48,988 nucleotides of DNA from Candidatus Deferrimicrobiaceae bacterium (GCA_049688015.1 JBAVJZ010000018.1:1-48988), one strand, 5' to 3'; positions 1-9,420 are shown, numbered from the stretch's first letter. Notes: generated by a model from the sequence alone, not told the origin. Numbers and translations are program-made.

Positions 1-208
1 CGCGCGTCACCTCGAGCGGCGTTTCCACAGGAGGAGGCGGCGGGGTTCCTTTACGGAAGTGGCTCCTCACCTTCACGATCAGATCCCCCTCGATGTTGCT
101 CGACGCGGACTTCCCTTTCTGGCCGGCTCGTTCCAGGAACAGCAGGATCTCCTTGCTGCTCTTCATCCCGAGCTCCTTGGCAAGCTCCCTTATGCGAACT
201 TTCTCCAT
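1..208 (-). CDS. infB: Translation initiation factor IF-2, N-terminal fragment (runs off the window)
   Basis: Hand translation of the minus strand from ATG at 208 gives MEKVRIRELAKELGMKSSKEILLFLERAGQKGKSASSNIEGDLIVKV..., the conserved IF-2 N-terminal motif. G-rich SD (GGGGGGAGTGG) upstream. Canonical position after nusA-ylxR. Confidence 0.8.
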   Translation of the reverse strand, partial: MEKVRIRELAKELGMKSSKEILLFLERAGQKGKSASSNIEGDLIVKVRSHFRKGTPPPPPVETPLEVTR

Positions 209-323
209 CCACTCCCCCCGCAAGTCATCTTACCGTCCCATGATGCGCCAGGTCTCCCCCGGAGACAACACCCGCAGTATAAACGAGCCGTCCGGACCAT
301 TTCGCGGAACGGGGAACCGTCCT

Positions 324-611
324 TCAGGCCCCGTCCCTCCAATCTTCCAGAGAGTCCGCCAGCGACGCCGCTGAGGCGCCCATTCGGAAGCGCCGCCCTC
401 CCTTCGGCGTGCGGATTCTCCGCGCGAAATCCCCGATGCAGCCCGTACTCCGGCAAAGGTAGAACCCGCGGCCGGGCCTCCGTGACGCGGGGTCCGGCTC
501 CCAACCCTTTCCGGGACTTCCGGCAATGCGTAAGAATCCGTCCTTGTGTCCCTTCGTTCCGCACTGCACACACGTCCGCTCCGGGCGGTGACGATCAGGC
601 CGTGGAATCAT
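324..611 (-). CDS. ylxR: YlxR/DUF448 (RnpM-like) RNA-binding protein
   Basis: 95-aa ORF with the RTCVxCG...GRGFYLC signature of the YlxR family. Lies between nusA and infB and overlaps the nusA stop by 17 nt. Confidence 0.75.
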   Translation of the reverse strand: MIPRPDRHRPERTCVQCGTKGHKDGFLRIAGSPGKGWEPDPASRRPGRGFYLCRSTGCIGDFARRIRTPKGGRRFRMGASAASLADSLEDWRDGA

Positions 612-1896
612 CCTCCGGCTTCATCCCGGGGGTCTCTTCCGTCTGCGGCACGTCTCCGTCGACCCCTTCGGGAACAGGCATTCCCACATTCTCACCCGCA
701 GTTCCGGGGTCCTCCGGCCTCGACTCCGCTGCCCCCGGTTCCGTCGAGGGCGGTGACTCCCCTTCGGGCGCTTCCCCTTCCGCAGCCTCGGGGGACGCCT
801 CGCCGGCGCCCTCCTCCTCGGTCTTCTTCGGTGCAAAGAGTCCCTCGGCCTTCTTGAGCGCGTCCTCGACCTGCCCTTCCGCCCGGACCTCGATCTTCCA
901 CCCCACGAGCTTGGACGCCAGCTTCACATTCTGCCCCCGCTTTCCGATCGCCAGAAGGAGCTGCTCCTCGGGGACGATGACCTCCATCGTTTTCTCGGAC
1001 TCGTTCACCAGGACGCGAATGATCTCCGCGGGCTGCAGCGCGTTGCACACGAATTTCGCGGGATCCTCGTCCCAGGCAATGATGTCGATCCGTTCGCCCC
1101 GCAGTTCCTGCACGACGCTCTGAACCCGGGACCCTTTCATCCCGACGCACGCGCCCACGGGGTCGACGTCCCTCTCCTTCGACTTCACCGCGATCTTGGT
1201 GCGGAATCCCGGCTCCCTCGCCACGCTCAGGATGGAGACGACGCCCTCGTAGACTTCGGGGACTTCCTGCTCGAAGAACTTGAGGATCACCCGAGGATCT
1301 GCGCGGGACAGCAGGATTTCCGGCCCCCTCGTCGTCTTGCTCACATCCTTGATATAGGCCCGGATCCTGTCTCCCTGGCGATACCGTTCCCTCGGGATCT
1401 GCTCCGAGGGGGGCATCACGGCCTCCGTCCTTCCGAGATCGACAATGATGGTGTCTCGCTCGTACCGCTGGACGATGCCGTTGAGGATCTCCCCCTTGCG
1501 GGTGATGAACTCATTGTAAATGACTTCCCGCTCGGCATCCTTCACCTTCTGCATGATGATCTGACGCGCGGTCTGTGCGGCAATCCGCCCCAGATCCTTG
1601 GTACTCATCCGGAACCCGATGCTGTCGTTCAGCCGTGCCTCGGGATCCAGCTCCCTGGCTTCCGCGAGCGAAATCTCCAGTTCCTCATCCGTCACCTCGT
1701 TCACCACGGTCCGGAACTCGAGGACCTCGAAATCTCCCGTATCTTCGTCGTACATGGCTTCGAGGCGCTTGTTCATCCCGTACTTCTTCTTCGCGGCGCT
1801 CTCCAGGGCGTCCTTGATCGCACCGATGATGACGCTTCGGTCAATCCCCTTTTCCTTGCCCAGCTGGTTGATAATCTGGCCGATATCCAGAATCAT
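595..1896 (-). CDS. nusA: Transcription termination/antitermination factor NusA (S1 + KH1/KH2, acidic tail instead of AR1/AR2)
   Basis: 433-aa ORF starting MILDIGQIINQLGKEKGIDRSVII..., typical of the NusA N-terminus, followed by S1 and KH regions. ATGA overlap with the rimP stop. Confidence 0.95.
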   Translation of the reverse strand: MILDIGQIINQLGKEKGIDRSVIIGAIKDALESAAKKKYGMNKRLEAMYDEDTGDFEVLEFRTVVNEVTDEELEISLAEARELDPEARLNDSIGFRMSTKDLGRIAAQTARQIIMQKVKDAEREVIYNEFITRKGEILNGIVQRYERDTIIVDLGRTEAVMPPSEQIPRERYRQGDRIRAYIKDVSKTTRGPEILLSRADPRVILKFFEQEVPEVYEGVVSILSVAREPGFRTKIAVKSKERDVDPVGACVGMKGSRVQSVVQELRGERIDIIAWDEDPAKFVCNALQPAEIIRVLVNESEKTMEVIVPEEQLLLAIGKRGQNVKLASKLVGWKIEVRAEGQVEDALKKAEGLFAPKKTEEEGAGEASPEAAEGEAPEGESPPSTEPGAAESRPEDPGTAGENVGMPVPEGVDGDVPQTEETPGMKPEDDSTA

Positions 1897-2381
1897 CGTC
1901 TCCTCGTTCCTTTTCCGAATAATTCATCCTGGGATACTACCAGGTTCGCCTTCCGCATCAACCGGTACGGCAGCCGGAAGGTCCTGCCGTCCCTGTCCAG
2001 TTCGATCCCTTCCTCGTCGCTGTCGAGCAGGGTCCCTCGGAAGTTCCGGCTCCCTTCGACGGGAGCGGAAAGGGAAACTTTCACCCGCTTCCCCTTGCAA
2101 GCTGCGAAGTGCTTCGGCTGGCGGAGCTTCCGGTCCATCCCCGGAGAGGATACCTCCAGCGAATACGGGCCGTCGAGGGGGTCCTCCACTTCGAGGATCG
2201 TGCCGAGCTTCCGGCTGAACGATACGCAGTCGCGCAGCTGCACTCCCCCTTCCCTGTCGATAAAAACGCGGATAACCCTACGGGGGCCTTCCGCGGCGAT
2301 CTCAACGTCGACGAGCTCGACCAGTTCGTCCTGCGCCACATTTTCGGCAAGAGCCGCGATTATTTCCGAGTCGACCTTCAT
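1893..2381 (-). CDS. rimP: Ribosome maturation factor RimP
   Basis: C-terminal 162 aa of the 226-aa ORF (MKVDSEIIAALAENV...SLEVSSPGMDRKL...) match RimP. The internal ATG at 2381 is chosen because the upstream extension is R/G-rich and crosses a terminator hairpin. Confidence 0.88.
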   Translation of the reverse strand: MKVDSEIIAALAENVAQDELVELVDVEIAAEGPRRVIRVFIDREGGVQLRDCVSFSRKLGTILEVEDPLDGPYSLEVSSPGMDRKLRQPKHFAACKGKRVKVSLSAPVEGSRNFRGTLLDSDEEGIELDRDGRTFRLPYRLMRKANLVVSQDELFGKGTRRR

Positions 2382-2393
2382 CGTCGTCCATCG

Positions 2394-2417
2394 AAAAAAA
2401 AAGTGGGCATCGCCCAC
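2394..2417 (-). terminator. Rho-independent terminator downstream of pyrD
   Basis: Minus strand reads GTGGGC-gat-GCCCAC (2417..2403) followed by T9 (2402..2394), 54 nt after the pyrD stop. Confidence 0.6.
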
Positions 2418-2470
2418 TTTCCGGTAAACCCTTCCACACCAGAAAGTATACCCTCCCCCGGAGGGAAACC

Positions 2471-3400
2471 TCAAGGGGTATTTTCCACCTTGAGCCCGCC
2501 CCGGTAATCGGCAAGACTGGCGATCTTCTCTTCCCGGAAAAACGCCTCCATCCCCTCGAGGATATCGATGCATGCCCGGGGGTTACGAAAGTTTGCCGTG
2601 CCGACCTGAACTGCCGACGCCCCCACCAGGAGAAATTCCAGCGCATTGGCGGAACTTTGTATGCCGCCGATTCCGATCACCGGAATACTGACGGCTTTCG
2701 CCGCTTCCCATGTCATGCGCAGAGCGACGGGCTTGATCGCGGGCCCGGAAAGCCCTCCCGTAACGTTCGACAGTTCCGGGCGTCTCGTGCGGTGATTGAC
2801 CGCCATGCCGACGATCGTGTTGATCAGGGAAACCGCGTCCGCCCCGGCCTCCTCGGCGGCTTTTGCGATGCACGCGATGTCCGTCACATTCGGGCTCAGC
2901 TTCACCCAAAGAGGCTTTCCGGTGCATCTGCGTACCCGCGCCGTGAGTCCGGCGATTCCTTCCGGATTGGCCCCGAATGCCATCCCCCCCTCCCGGACGT
3001 TAGGGCAGGAGGCATTCACCTCGATCGCCCCGAGGGAAGGGACCTCCGAAAGACGGCGAGCTACCGCCTCGTATTCCTCCTCCGTCTTCCCGTAGATGTT
3101 CGCGACGAACGTCGCGCCGAAATCCTCAAGACGCGGGACCACGTCCCCGATGAACCGCTCCACCCCGATGTTTTGCAGGCCGATAGCGTTGAGCATCCCC
3201 GCGGGCGTCTCCACGATTCGCCCGGGTGGGTTCCCTGCGGTGGGTTCGAGGGACAGCCCTTTCACGATGACCGCCCCCAGGCGCGAAATGTCGTAGAAGG
3301 GGGTGAACTCGATGCCGTATCCGAACGTCCCCGATGCGCTCATGACGGGGTTTTTCACCCGCAGCCCCCCCAGGGAGACGGAGAGGTCCGGGGTCACCAC
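2471..3400 (-). CDS. pyrD: Dihydroorotate dehydrogenase, class 1B catalytic subunit
   Basis: 309-aa ORF with ...LRVKNPVMSASGTFGYG...NAIGLQN...CPNV..., the PyrD 1B pattern. GTG start overlaps the pyrK stop. Confidence 0.9.
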   Translation of the reverse strand: MVTPDLSVSLGGLRVKNPVMSASGTFGYGIEFTPFYDISRLGAVIVKGLSLEPTAGNPPGRIVETPAGMLNAIGLQNIGVERFIGDVVPRLEDFGATFVANIYGKTEEEYEAVARRLSEVPSLGAIEVNASCPNVREGGMAFGANPEGIAGLTARVRRCTGKPLWVKLSPNVTDIACIAKAAEEAGADAVSLINTIVGMAVNHRTRRPELSNVTGGLSGPAIKPVALRMTWEAAKAVSIPVIGIGGIQSSANALEFLLVGASAVQVGTANFRNPRACIDILEGMEAFFREEKIASLADYRGGLKVENTP

Positions 3401-4215
3401 ACAACCTCCTTCGCATCGAAGACCGGTCCCTCACGGCAGACTCGGCGGTATGCCGTCCGATCACCGTCCCACAGGGTAACGACGCATCCCCAGCAAACCC
3501 CGAATCCGCACGCCATGTGGTTTTCCAGCGCCACCTGCACCGAGGCCCCCCGTTGCAACGCCTCGACGGCGATTTCCTTTAGCATATCCCTCGGCCCGCA
3601 GGCGAGGATCGTCAGTCGCGAGGCCGCCTCGGGGGAGAGTGTGCACATCCGCTCCATGGCCGCGTCGGTGACGCGGCCATGGTAGCCTGCGGTCCCGTCC
3701 TCGGTACAGAAGTGGGTTCTCCCCGGTGTTTTTCCCCCGGGAGTCCACTGCTTTGGGGGAAGATGCTCCCTCGTCCGAGCGCCGAGAAACATCTCGAACC
3801 CGGAACGGCGCCGCGACAGGACTGCCGCGGCGGGAAACACCGAGGAGAATCCGACGCCGCCACCCAGCAGCCAGTACGTCCGGCCTGCCTGGCCGAGGTC
3901 GAACCCGCGCCCGAGAGGAAGTGTGATGGACAGGGGCTCCCCGGGATGAAGACCCGACAGCAGGGCGGTCCCCCTCCCCACGACCTTGTAGACGAATTCG
4001 ATCTTCCCCTCCCCGCGCTTCCCACCCGACCGGAACACGGCAAGCGGACGAGGCAGAAGCGGGTCGTTCCCCGCCCACCCCGAGACCATCGCGAACTGGC
4101 CGGGAACGAACCGCAGAGGTTCGGGAATCGCGGCCTCGATGCGGTAAAAGATCTCCCCCCGCCCTTCGTTCCGCAGGATCCTGCCCGTGACGAACCGCGG
4201 GCGGTTAAACGGCAT
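3394..4215 (-). CDS. pyrK: Dihydroorotate dehydrogenase electron-transfer subunit (FAD/2Fe-2S)
   Basis: Starting from the internal ATG at 4215: MPFNRPRFVTGRILRNE...PGQFAMV... The C-terminal cysteine cluster CGFGVCWGCV...C fits the PyrK 2Fe-2S motif. Directly upstream of pyrD. Confidence 0.85.
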   Translation of the reverse strand: MPFNRPRFVTGRILRNEGRGEIFYRIEAAIPEPLRFVPGQFAMVSGWAGNDPLLPRPLAVFRSGGKRGEGKIEFVYKVVGRGTALLSGLHPGEPLSITLPLGRGFDLGQAGRTYWLLGGGVGFSSVFPAAAVLSRRRSGFEMFLGARTREHLPPKQWTPGGKTPGRTHFCTEDGTAGYHGRVTDAAMERMCTLSPEAASRLTILACGPRDMLKEIAVEALQRGASVQVALENHMACGFGVCWGCVVTLWDGDRTAYRRVCREGPVFDAKEVVW

Positions 4216-4687
4216 CCTCTTCCCCCATCTCTCGCGAGAACACGATCGCATCCTCCCCGGTATCCGTATAGTACCCTTCCCTGATGCCCACGAAGCGAAA
4301 CCCCTCCCGCCGGTATATGCGGATCGCCTGCTGATTGCTCGGGCGCACCTCGAGGTAGATCTTCCTTGCCCCTGCCCGCGCAGTCCTGCGAAGGCACTCC
4401 TTGAGAAGGGCCCGGCCGATTCCACGTCCGCGTGCGTCCGGCCGGACCGCGATGTTCAGCAGGTGGGACTCCTCCCCGACGGTCCAGCAGATCGTGTATC
4501 CAACCACCTCCCCGCCCGGTTCCTCGACGACCACGACGGCGTCGGAAAACGTGCGCCCGATCTCCTCCTCGAAGAGCTTGCGTGACCAGGGGGACGGGAA
4601 GGAGGCCATCTCAATGGCCATCACGTCGTGCAGGTCCCCCGGATCGAGGTCCCTGAACCGGAACCGCAGGGGGCTCTTATGAATCAC
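4205..4687 (-). CDS. rimI: GNAT N-acetyltransferase, ribosomal-protein-alanine acetyltransferase-like
   Basis: ...MASFPSPWS...LLNIAVRPDARGRGIGRALL...YLEVRPSNQQAIRIYRREGF matches the RimI/GNAT motif A. The GTG at 4687 forms a GTGA overlap with the fabH stop; the longer ORF start at 4780 lies inside fabH. Confidence 0.75.
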   Translation of the reverse strand: MIHKSPLRFRFRDLDPGDLHDVMAIEMASFPSPWSRKLFEEEIGRTFSDAVVVVEEPGGEVVGYTICWTVGEESHLLNIAVRPDARGRGIGRALLKECLRRTARAGARKIYLEVRPSNQQAIRIYRREGFRFVGIREGYYTDTGEDAIVFSREMGEEDAV

Positions 4688-5676
4688 CAACGAATCAGGG
4701 ACGAGGCCCACGTGAACCCCGAGCCGAACGCCGCAAGGCAGACAAGATCTCCCGACCGGATCCTCCCCTCCGTGGCGCACTCGTCGAGGGCGATCGGTAT
4801 GGAAGCGGCGGTGGTGTTTCCGTACTTCTCGATGTTGGAGAACACTTTTTCCGGAGCGATGCCGAGGCTCTTCGCGACCGCCTGCGTGATCCTCAGGTTC
4901 GCCTGGTGCGGGATGACGATCGAAAGGTCCGAAACCGCCATCCCGTTTGCGGAAAGCGCCTCCAGGATCACCTCGGGGAAACGCCGCACCGCGTGGGCGA
5001 ACACGGACCGGCCGTTCATGAACCCGAAATGCCTCCTGGCGTCGAGCATCTCCTTGCTGATCCTCGGACTCTCGGCGGACGCCGGTGCCTCCGTCATGAG
5101 CTCGCGCGCGTACTTCCCCTCCGCGTGAAGGTGGGAGGAAAGGATTCCCACCCCGGCCTCCGAAGGGCCGACGACCACCGCTCCGCCGCCGTCCCCGAAG
5201 ATGACGGACACGTCCCGCCCCGCGGTGCTCATGTCCAGGCCGGTGCTGTGCACTTCCGCTCCAATGACGAGGACGTTATCGTGGAAGCCCGATTTGACGT
5301 ACGCTTCCGCCACCGACAGGGCGTAAAGGAACCCGGTGCACTGGGTGCGGACGTCAAGCGCCCCGATCGTGTCCATCCCCAGCTTCTCCTGCACGAGCAC
5401 CCCGGCGCCCGGGAAGAACAGGTCGGGCGAGAGGGTGGCGAATATGAGGAGCTGGATATCCTTCGGCGTAAGCCCCGCGCGTTCAATGGCCACGCGCGCG
5501 GCCGTAACACCCAGGTCGGAGGCGCCCGTACCCGGCTCGACGAACCGTCGCTCCCGGATTCCCGTGCGCTGTATGATCCACTCCTCCGTGGTGTCCATCA
5601 TTGTGGTCAGCTCGGCGTTGGTCACGACACGGGACGGCAGCGCACGTCCCGTCCCGAGAATTCTCGCTCCTCTCAT
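4684..5676 (-). CDS. fabH: 3-oxoacyl-ACP synthase III (KAS III)
   Basis: 330-aa ORF: MRGARILGTGRALPSRVVTNAELTTMMDTTEEWIIQRTGIRERRF..., plus the ...HQANLRI... and ...GFGSGFTW... signatures. Confidence 0.9.
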   Translation of the reverse strand: MRGARILGTGRALPSRVVTNAELTTMMDTTEEWIIQRTGIRERRFVEPGTGASDLGVTAARVAIERAGLTPKDIQLLIFATLSPDLFFPGAGVLVQEKLGMDTIGALDVRTQCTGFLYALSVAEAYVKSGFHDNVLVIGAEVHSTGLDMSTAGRDVSVIFGDGGGAVVVGPSEAGVGILSSHLHAEGKYARELMTEAPASAESPRISKEMLDARRHFGFMNGRSVFAHAVRRFPEVILEALSANGMAVSDLSIVIPHQANLRITQAVAKSLGIAPEKVFSNIEKYGNTTAASIPIALDECATEGRIRSGDLVCLAAFGSGFTWASSLIRW

Positions 5677-5686
5677 CGGTCCCCCC

Positions 5687-6226
5687 TCACAGCACGAAGA
5701 CAGCGGCCGCGATGACGGTAGCGTACTCGTCCTTCACGATAGCCGACTGGGTGATGTTGAACGACCGGTAGATCTTGCCGCTGATCTTCCAGACCTCCTT
5801 CTTTTCGTCCCAGCTTTTCTCCTCGTCGAACTCGATGCCGAGGGTGGAGGCGAGCATTGCGGCGGCCAGATCCTCTGCGTAGTCGCCCGCCACTTTTTCC
5901 GGTTGCCCGTACGCGTGATGCTCGCTCAGGTAGCCGTACACGGAACGGTCCGAGGGAAGGGCGCACCCCACGGAGGCCGCGATGAGCCGGCGGGGTTCGT
6001 CGCTCTGGCACTTGCTCATGACAACGAACACGATTTCGCCTGGGGTCAACTCCCGCAGGCCGGCTTCCTTCTTTATGATACGGCACTTGGGGGGGAATAT
6101 GCTCGACACCTGTACGAGGTTGTACTTCTCTATCCCCGCGTCGCGAAGGGCAAGTTCGAACGACGTCAGCTGCTCCCTGTGCCGTCCGACACCCTTGGTG
6201 AAAAATATCTTCGACGGCACGAACAT
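5687..6226 (-). CDS. pdaD: Pyruvoyl-dependent arginine decarboxylase
   Basis: 179-aa [49 protein letters not shown]. The family N-terminus and the Ser-Ser self-cleavage site (codons 41-42) are present. AGAGGAGG SD upstream. Confidence 0.85.
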   Translation of the reverse strand: MFVPSKIFFTKGVGRHREQLTSFELALRDAGIEKYNLVQVSSIFPPKCRIIKKEAGLRELTPGEIVFVVMSKCQSDEPRRLIAASVGCALPSDRSVYGYLSEHHAYGQPEKVAGDYAEDLAAAMLASTLGIEFDEEKSWDEKKEVWKISGKIYRSFNITQSAIVKDEYATVIAAAVFVL

Positions 6227-6259
6227 CGGCGACGCCTCCTCTGACGGGGGATATCCCCC

Positions 6260-7150
6260 CTACTTCTCCTGCCGCTTGGCGAGAATCCAACCCATCAGCC
6301 GATAACACAGCTTCGCCGCGAGGAATTCGGGCGCGACGATGCCGGGGATGGGGGAAAGCTCCATGATGTCGAATCCGACGATGTTGCAATCCGCCCGCAT
6401 CACGTCCCGCAGAATGTCGATCACCTCGAACCAGTCCAGCCCTCCGGGCTCCGGCGTGCCCACAGCAGGCATGATGCCCGGGTCGAAGACATCGAGGTCG
6501 ATCGAGATGTAGACGTTTCCGGAGAGACTGCTCACGACTCCCCGGGTGACATCCGCAAGGCTTTCCCGGACCTCCGAGGCGTAGTAGGTCTTGACGTTCT
6601 CCGCCCTGCGCAGGAACCGGTCCTCCTCCTCCGAGATGCTGCGCACCCCAACCTGGACGAGTTTCGCTCCGGAATCGACGATACGGCGACCCACGCAGGC
6701 GTGGTTCCAGGGCGTGCCGAGGTAGCTGTCCCGCAGGTCAGCATGCGCGTCGAACTGGAGGACGGTGAGGTCTCCGTATTTTTTCTTCAGGGCGGAAACT
6801 GCCCCGCACGTTCCGGAGTGCTCCCCGCCAACGATGACGGGGAACCTCCCGGCCCGGGTCACCGCCTTTATCCGTTTCTCCAGCTCTTTGAGCATGGCCA
6901 GCGGGCCCGTGGTCAGCACCGGGATCTCGGTGGACACGAAGATCCCCGCCCGGTACGGTTCGATCTTGTTCTCCTCGTCGAACAGCTCCATGTGCCCCGA
7001 CGCCTCGATGAGCGCCCGGGGACCGTTGCGCGTCCCCGACACATACGTTGTGGTCAGGTCGATCGGGAACGGAACCACGACGAACAACGCCCTCTTCCAG
7101 GAGGAATACTTGTCCGGGATTCCACCGAAACTCACGGAATACGGCTTCAC
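6260..7150 (-). CDS. speB: Agmatinase (ureohydrolase/arginase family)
   Basis: 296-aa ORF with the Mn-binding motifs GGEHS, QFDAHADLRD and SIDLDVFDP. GTG start preceded by AAGGAGGG. Adjacent to the arginine decarboxylase gene. Confidence 0.85.
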   Translation of the reverse strand: MKPYSVSFGGIPDKYSSWKRALFVVVPFPIDLTTTYVSGTRNGPRALIEASGHMELFDEENKIEPYRAGIFVSTEIPVLTTGPLAMLKELEKRIKAVTRAGRFPVIVGGEHSGTCGAVSALKKKYGDLTVLQFDAHADLRDSYLGTPWNHACVGRRIVDSGAKLVQVGVRSISEEEDRFLRRAENVKTYYASEVRESLADVTRGVVSSLSGNVYISIDLDVFDPGIMPAVGTPEPGGLDWFEVIDILRDVMRADCNIVGFDIMELSPIPGIVAPEFLAAKLCYRLMGWILAKRQEK

Positions 7151-7168
7151 GACGTTCCCTCCTTCATC

Positions 7169-7633
7169 TCATCCCTTTCCGCTCATCCCTTTGTGTCGCG
7201 CAGATTTTACCCTGACCGCAATGCGGTAGACAACCACGTAGGCGAGCGCCGCTGCAACCAGGCCCACGACCGTCGTGCCTAAAAACAGGGGAGCAGCGTA
7301 GGGAACCGCCGCCTCCAGGACGGTCCTGAGCGTGTAGGTTTCGAATGACGGCGGGGGGATCTTCATCCCCAGGATCCATTCCCCCAGACGGAAACTCCCG
7401 TAGAATACGAAAGGCATCGTATAGGGATTGTTCACCCAGACCCCCACCATGGTGGTCACCTTGTTTAACCGGAGGACGACAGCAACGAGCAGCGCCAGGA
7501 CCATGTGGAGCGTCACCAGGGGGCTGAAACTGAAGAAGACGCCCACAGCGAACCCCGCAGCGAGGCTTCTCTCGTCGGAATCGGCCGCGATTGCCTCGTG
7601 AAGCTTGTTCCGGATCTTTCCCCAGCCGATCAA
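7169..7633 (-). CDS. DUF2062-family membrane protein
   Basis: ...SLAAGFAVGVFFSFSPLVTLHMVLALLVAVVLRLNKV...NNPYTMPF... fits the DUF2062 pattern. The ORF track start (7750) overlaps recJ by 97 nt. The TTG at 7633, preceded by GGGGTGG and 21 nt past the recJ stop, is my preferred start but remains uncertain. Confidence 0.6.
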   Translation of the reverse strand: MIGWGKIRNKLHEAIAADSDERSLAAGFAVGVFFSFSPLVTLHMVLALLVAVVLRLNKVTTMVGVWVNNPYTMPFVFYGSFRLGEWILGMKIPPPSFETYTLRTVLEAAVPYAAPLFLGTTVVGLVAAALAYVVVYRIAVRVKSARHKGMSGKG

Positions 7634-7653
7634 GGAACCACCCCGACCGGAAT

Positions 7654-9420
7654 TCAGAAGCCCGGCGCGGCGGATCCCACCGGGAGTCCGGAGGGTCGCG
7701 CGTCGATCAGCCGCAGCCGGATCGAACGGTTCCCCCGGAATACCGTCCATTGGGGGGTGAACAGGATATCGAGTGAGCCGCCCGGTCCCGACGGCAACTT
7801 CGAGCGGTGAAACGCCACCGCCTCGAAAGAACGTGTGTCCCCCGAGAGTTCGGCTCTCAGATGCCGTATCTCTCCTCCGAACAGGGAATGCCTCTTCACG
7901 CGCACGTCCCGCGCGAGCAGCACCGGCTCCTCGTTTCCCATTCCGAACGGGCGCAAGCGATCCAGTTCCTCCATGAAACCCGGGGAGATCTCGCCAAAGC
8001 GCACCGGCGCGTCGATCTCCAGGCGGGGAACCGTGTCCCGGCCGGACGCGTACTCCCGCGCGGCCCGATCAAACCCCTCGCGGAAAGCAGGGAGATTCGC
8101 GGCGGGAAGAGCGATGCCGGCCGCCTGCATGTGCCCCCCGTACCGGATCAGGAGTGACGAAAGCCCGGACAGGGCGTCGACCAGGGGAAACCCGTTCGTG
8201 CTGCGAAGGGACCCTCTCGCCTCGTCCCCCTCGATCTGGAGGAGAACCGTGGGGCGGTTATACCGCTGCGCGATCTTGGATGCGACGATGCCCAGGACGC
8301 CCGGATGCCAGCCGGAGTCGGCAAGAACAATCGCGGAGAGGGACGAGAGCGAGGGGCCCGACTCCACCGCGGCGTCCGCCTCGCGCATGATCCTTCCCTC
8401 CTCGCGTTGCCTCCGGGCATTGTCCGCGTTTAGCTCCGCGGCCATACGGAGGGCCCGGTCGAAACTGTCCGTCACGAGAAGCGCCGAACCGCGCATGGCA
8501 TTCCCCACCCGTCCCGCCGCGTTGAGGCGGGGCCCGACGCGGAAGGCGAGGTCGATCTCGTTCACACTGTCCTGCGGTATCCCGGAGACCGAAAGGAGCG
8601 CCCGAATCCCGGGCCTTGCGCGATGCCGGATCTCCTCGAGTCCGGCCTTCACGAACAGGCGGTTGTCGCCCCGCAGGGGAACCATATCCGCCACGGTGCC
8701 GAGAGCCACGAGGTCGAGATATTTCCGCAGGACGGGTTCGTTCTCCCGGGAAAACGCCCCCTCTTCCCGCAGCAGACGTCTGACCCCGCACATCAGGAGG
8801 AAGACCACGCCCACCCCCGCGAGATCTTTCCCGGGATACGGGCAGTCCCGCCGTTTCGGGTTAAGAACGGCGAATGCGGGAGGCAATGTTTCCCCCTGGA
8901 CGTGGTGGTCCGTCACGATCACGTCCAGTCCCGCCGCTGTGGCATGCGTTACCGCCTCCCCGTCGGTGATGCCGCCGTCGACGGTGACGACGAGCTTCAC
9001 CCCGGCCTTGGCGGCAGCCTCCAGATGGTTTCTTTTCAATCCGTATCCGTCCACGATCCGGTGATTCTGGTGGATTCGCACATCCACCCCGGGAAACAGG
9101 TCGGACAGGAAGAGCAGCAGGCACGCGGCGCCCGTGGTGCCGTCCGCATCATAATCGGCGTACACCAGGATCGGCTCCCTCGTTCGTGCTGCGTGCACGA
9201 GCCTGCGGGAAGCCTTCTCGAGGTCCTTCATCGGGAAGGGAGAGGTGAGATCGGTAAGCGTTCCGCTGAGAAACCTTTCCGCCTCGCGGGGGTCGGAGAT
9301 CCCGCGGTTCACCAGGAACCGGGAAGCGGCATCCGACAGTCCGGTCTTTTCCCGGATCTCCCGGACGAACGATTCATCCGGCGCGCGGAGAGTCCACTGT
9401 CGTATGGCCTGCCCGGCCAA
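7654..9420 (-). CDS. recJ: Single-stranded-DNA-specific exonuclease RecJ
   Basis: 588-aa ORF with the DHH motifs (ILVYADYDADGTTG, VTVDGGI, VIVTDHH) and DHHA1-type GGHxxAAG (YGGHMQAAG). TTG start. Confidence 0.9.
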   Translation of the reverse strand: MAGQAIRQWTLRAPDESFVREIREKTGLSDAASRFLVNRGISDPREAERFLSGTLTDLTSPFPMKDLEKASRRLVHAARTREPILVYADYDADGTTGAACLLLFLSDLFPGVDVRIHQNHRIVDGYGLKRNHLEAAAKAGVKLVVTVDGGITDGEAVTHATAAGLDVIVTDHHVQGETLPPAFAVLNPKRRDCPYPGKDLAGVGVVFLLMCGVRRLLREEGAFSRENEPVLRKYLDLVALGTVADMVPLRGDNRLFVKAGLEEIRHRARPGIRALLSVSGIPQDSVNEIDLAFRVGPRLNAAGRVGNAMRGSALLVTDSFDRALRMAAELNADNARRQREEGRIMREADAAVESGPSLSSLSAIVLADSGWHPGVLGIVASKIAQRYNRPTVLLQIEGDEARGSLRSTNGFPLVDALSGLSSLLIRYGGHMQAAGIALPAANLPAFREGFDRAAREYASGRDTVPRLEIDAPVRFGEISPGFMEELDRLRPFGMGNEEPVLLARDVRVKRHSLFGGEIRHLRAELSGDTRSFEAVAFHRSKLPSGPGGSLDILFTPQWTVFRGNRSIRLRLIDARPSGLPVGSAAPGF

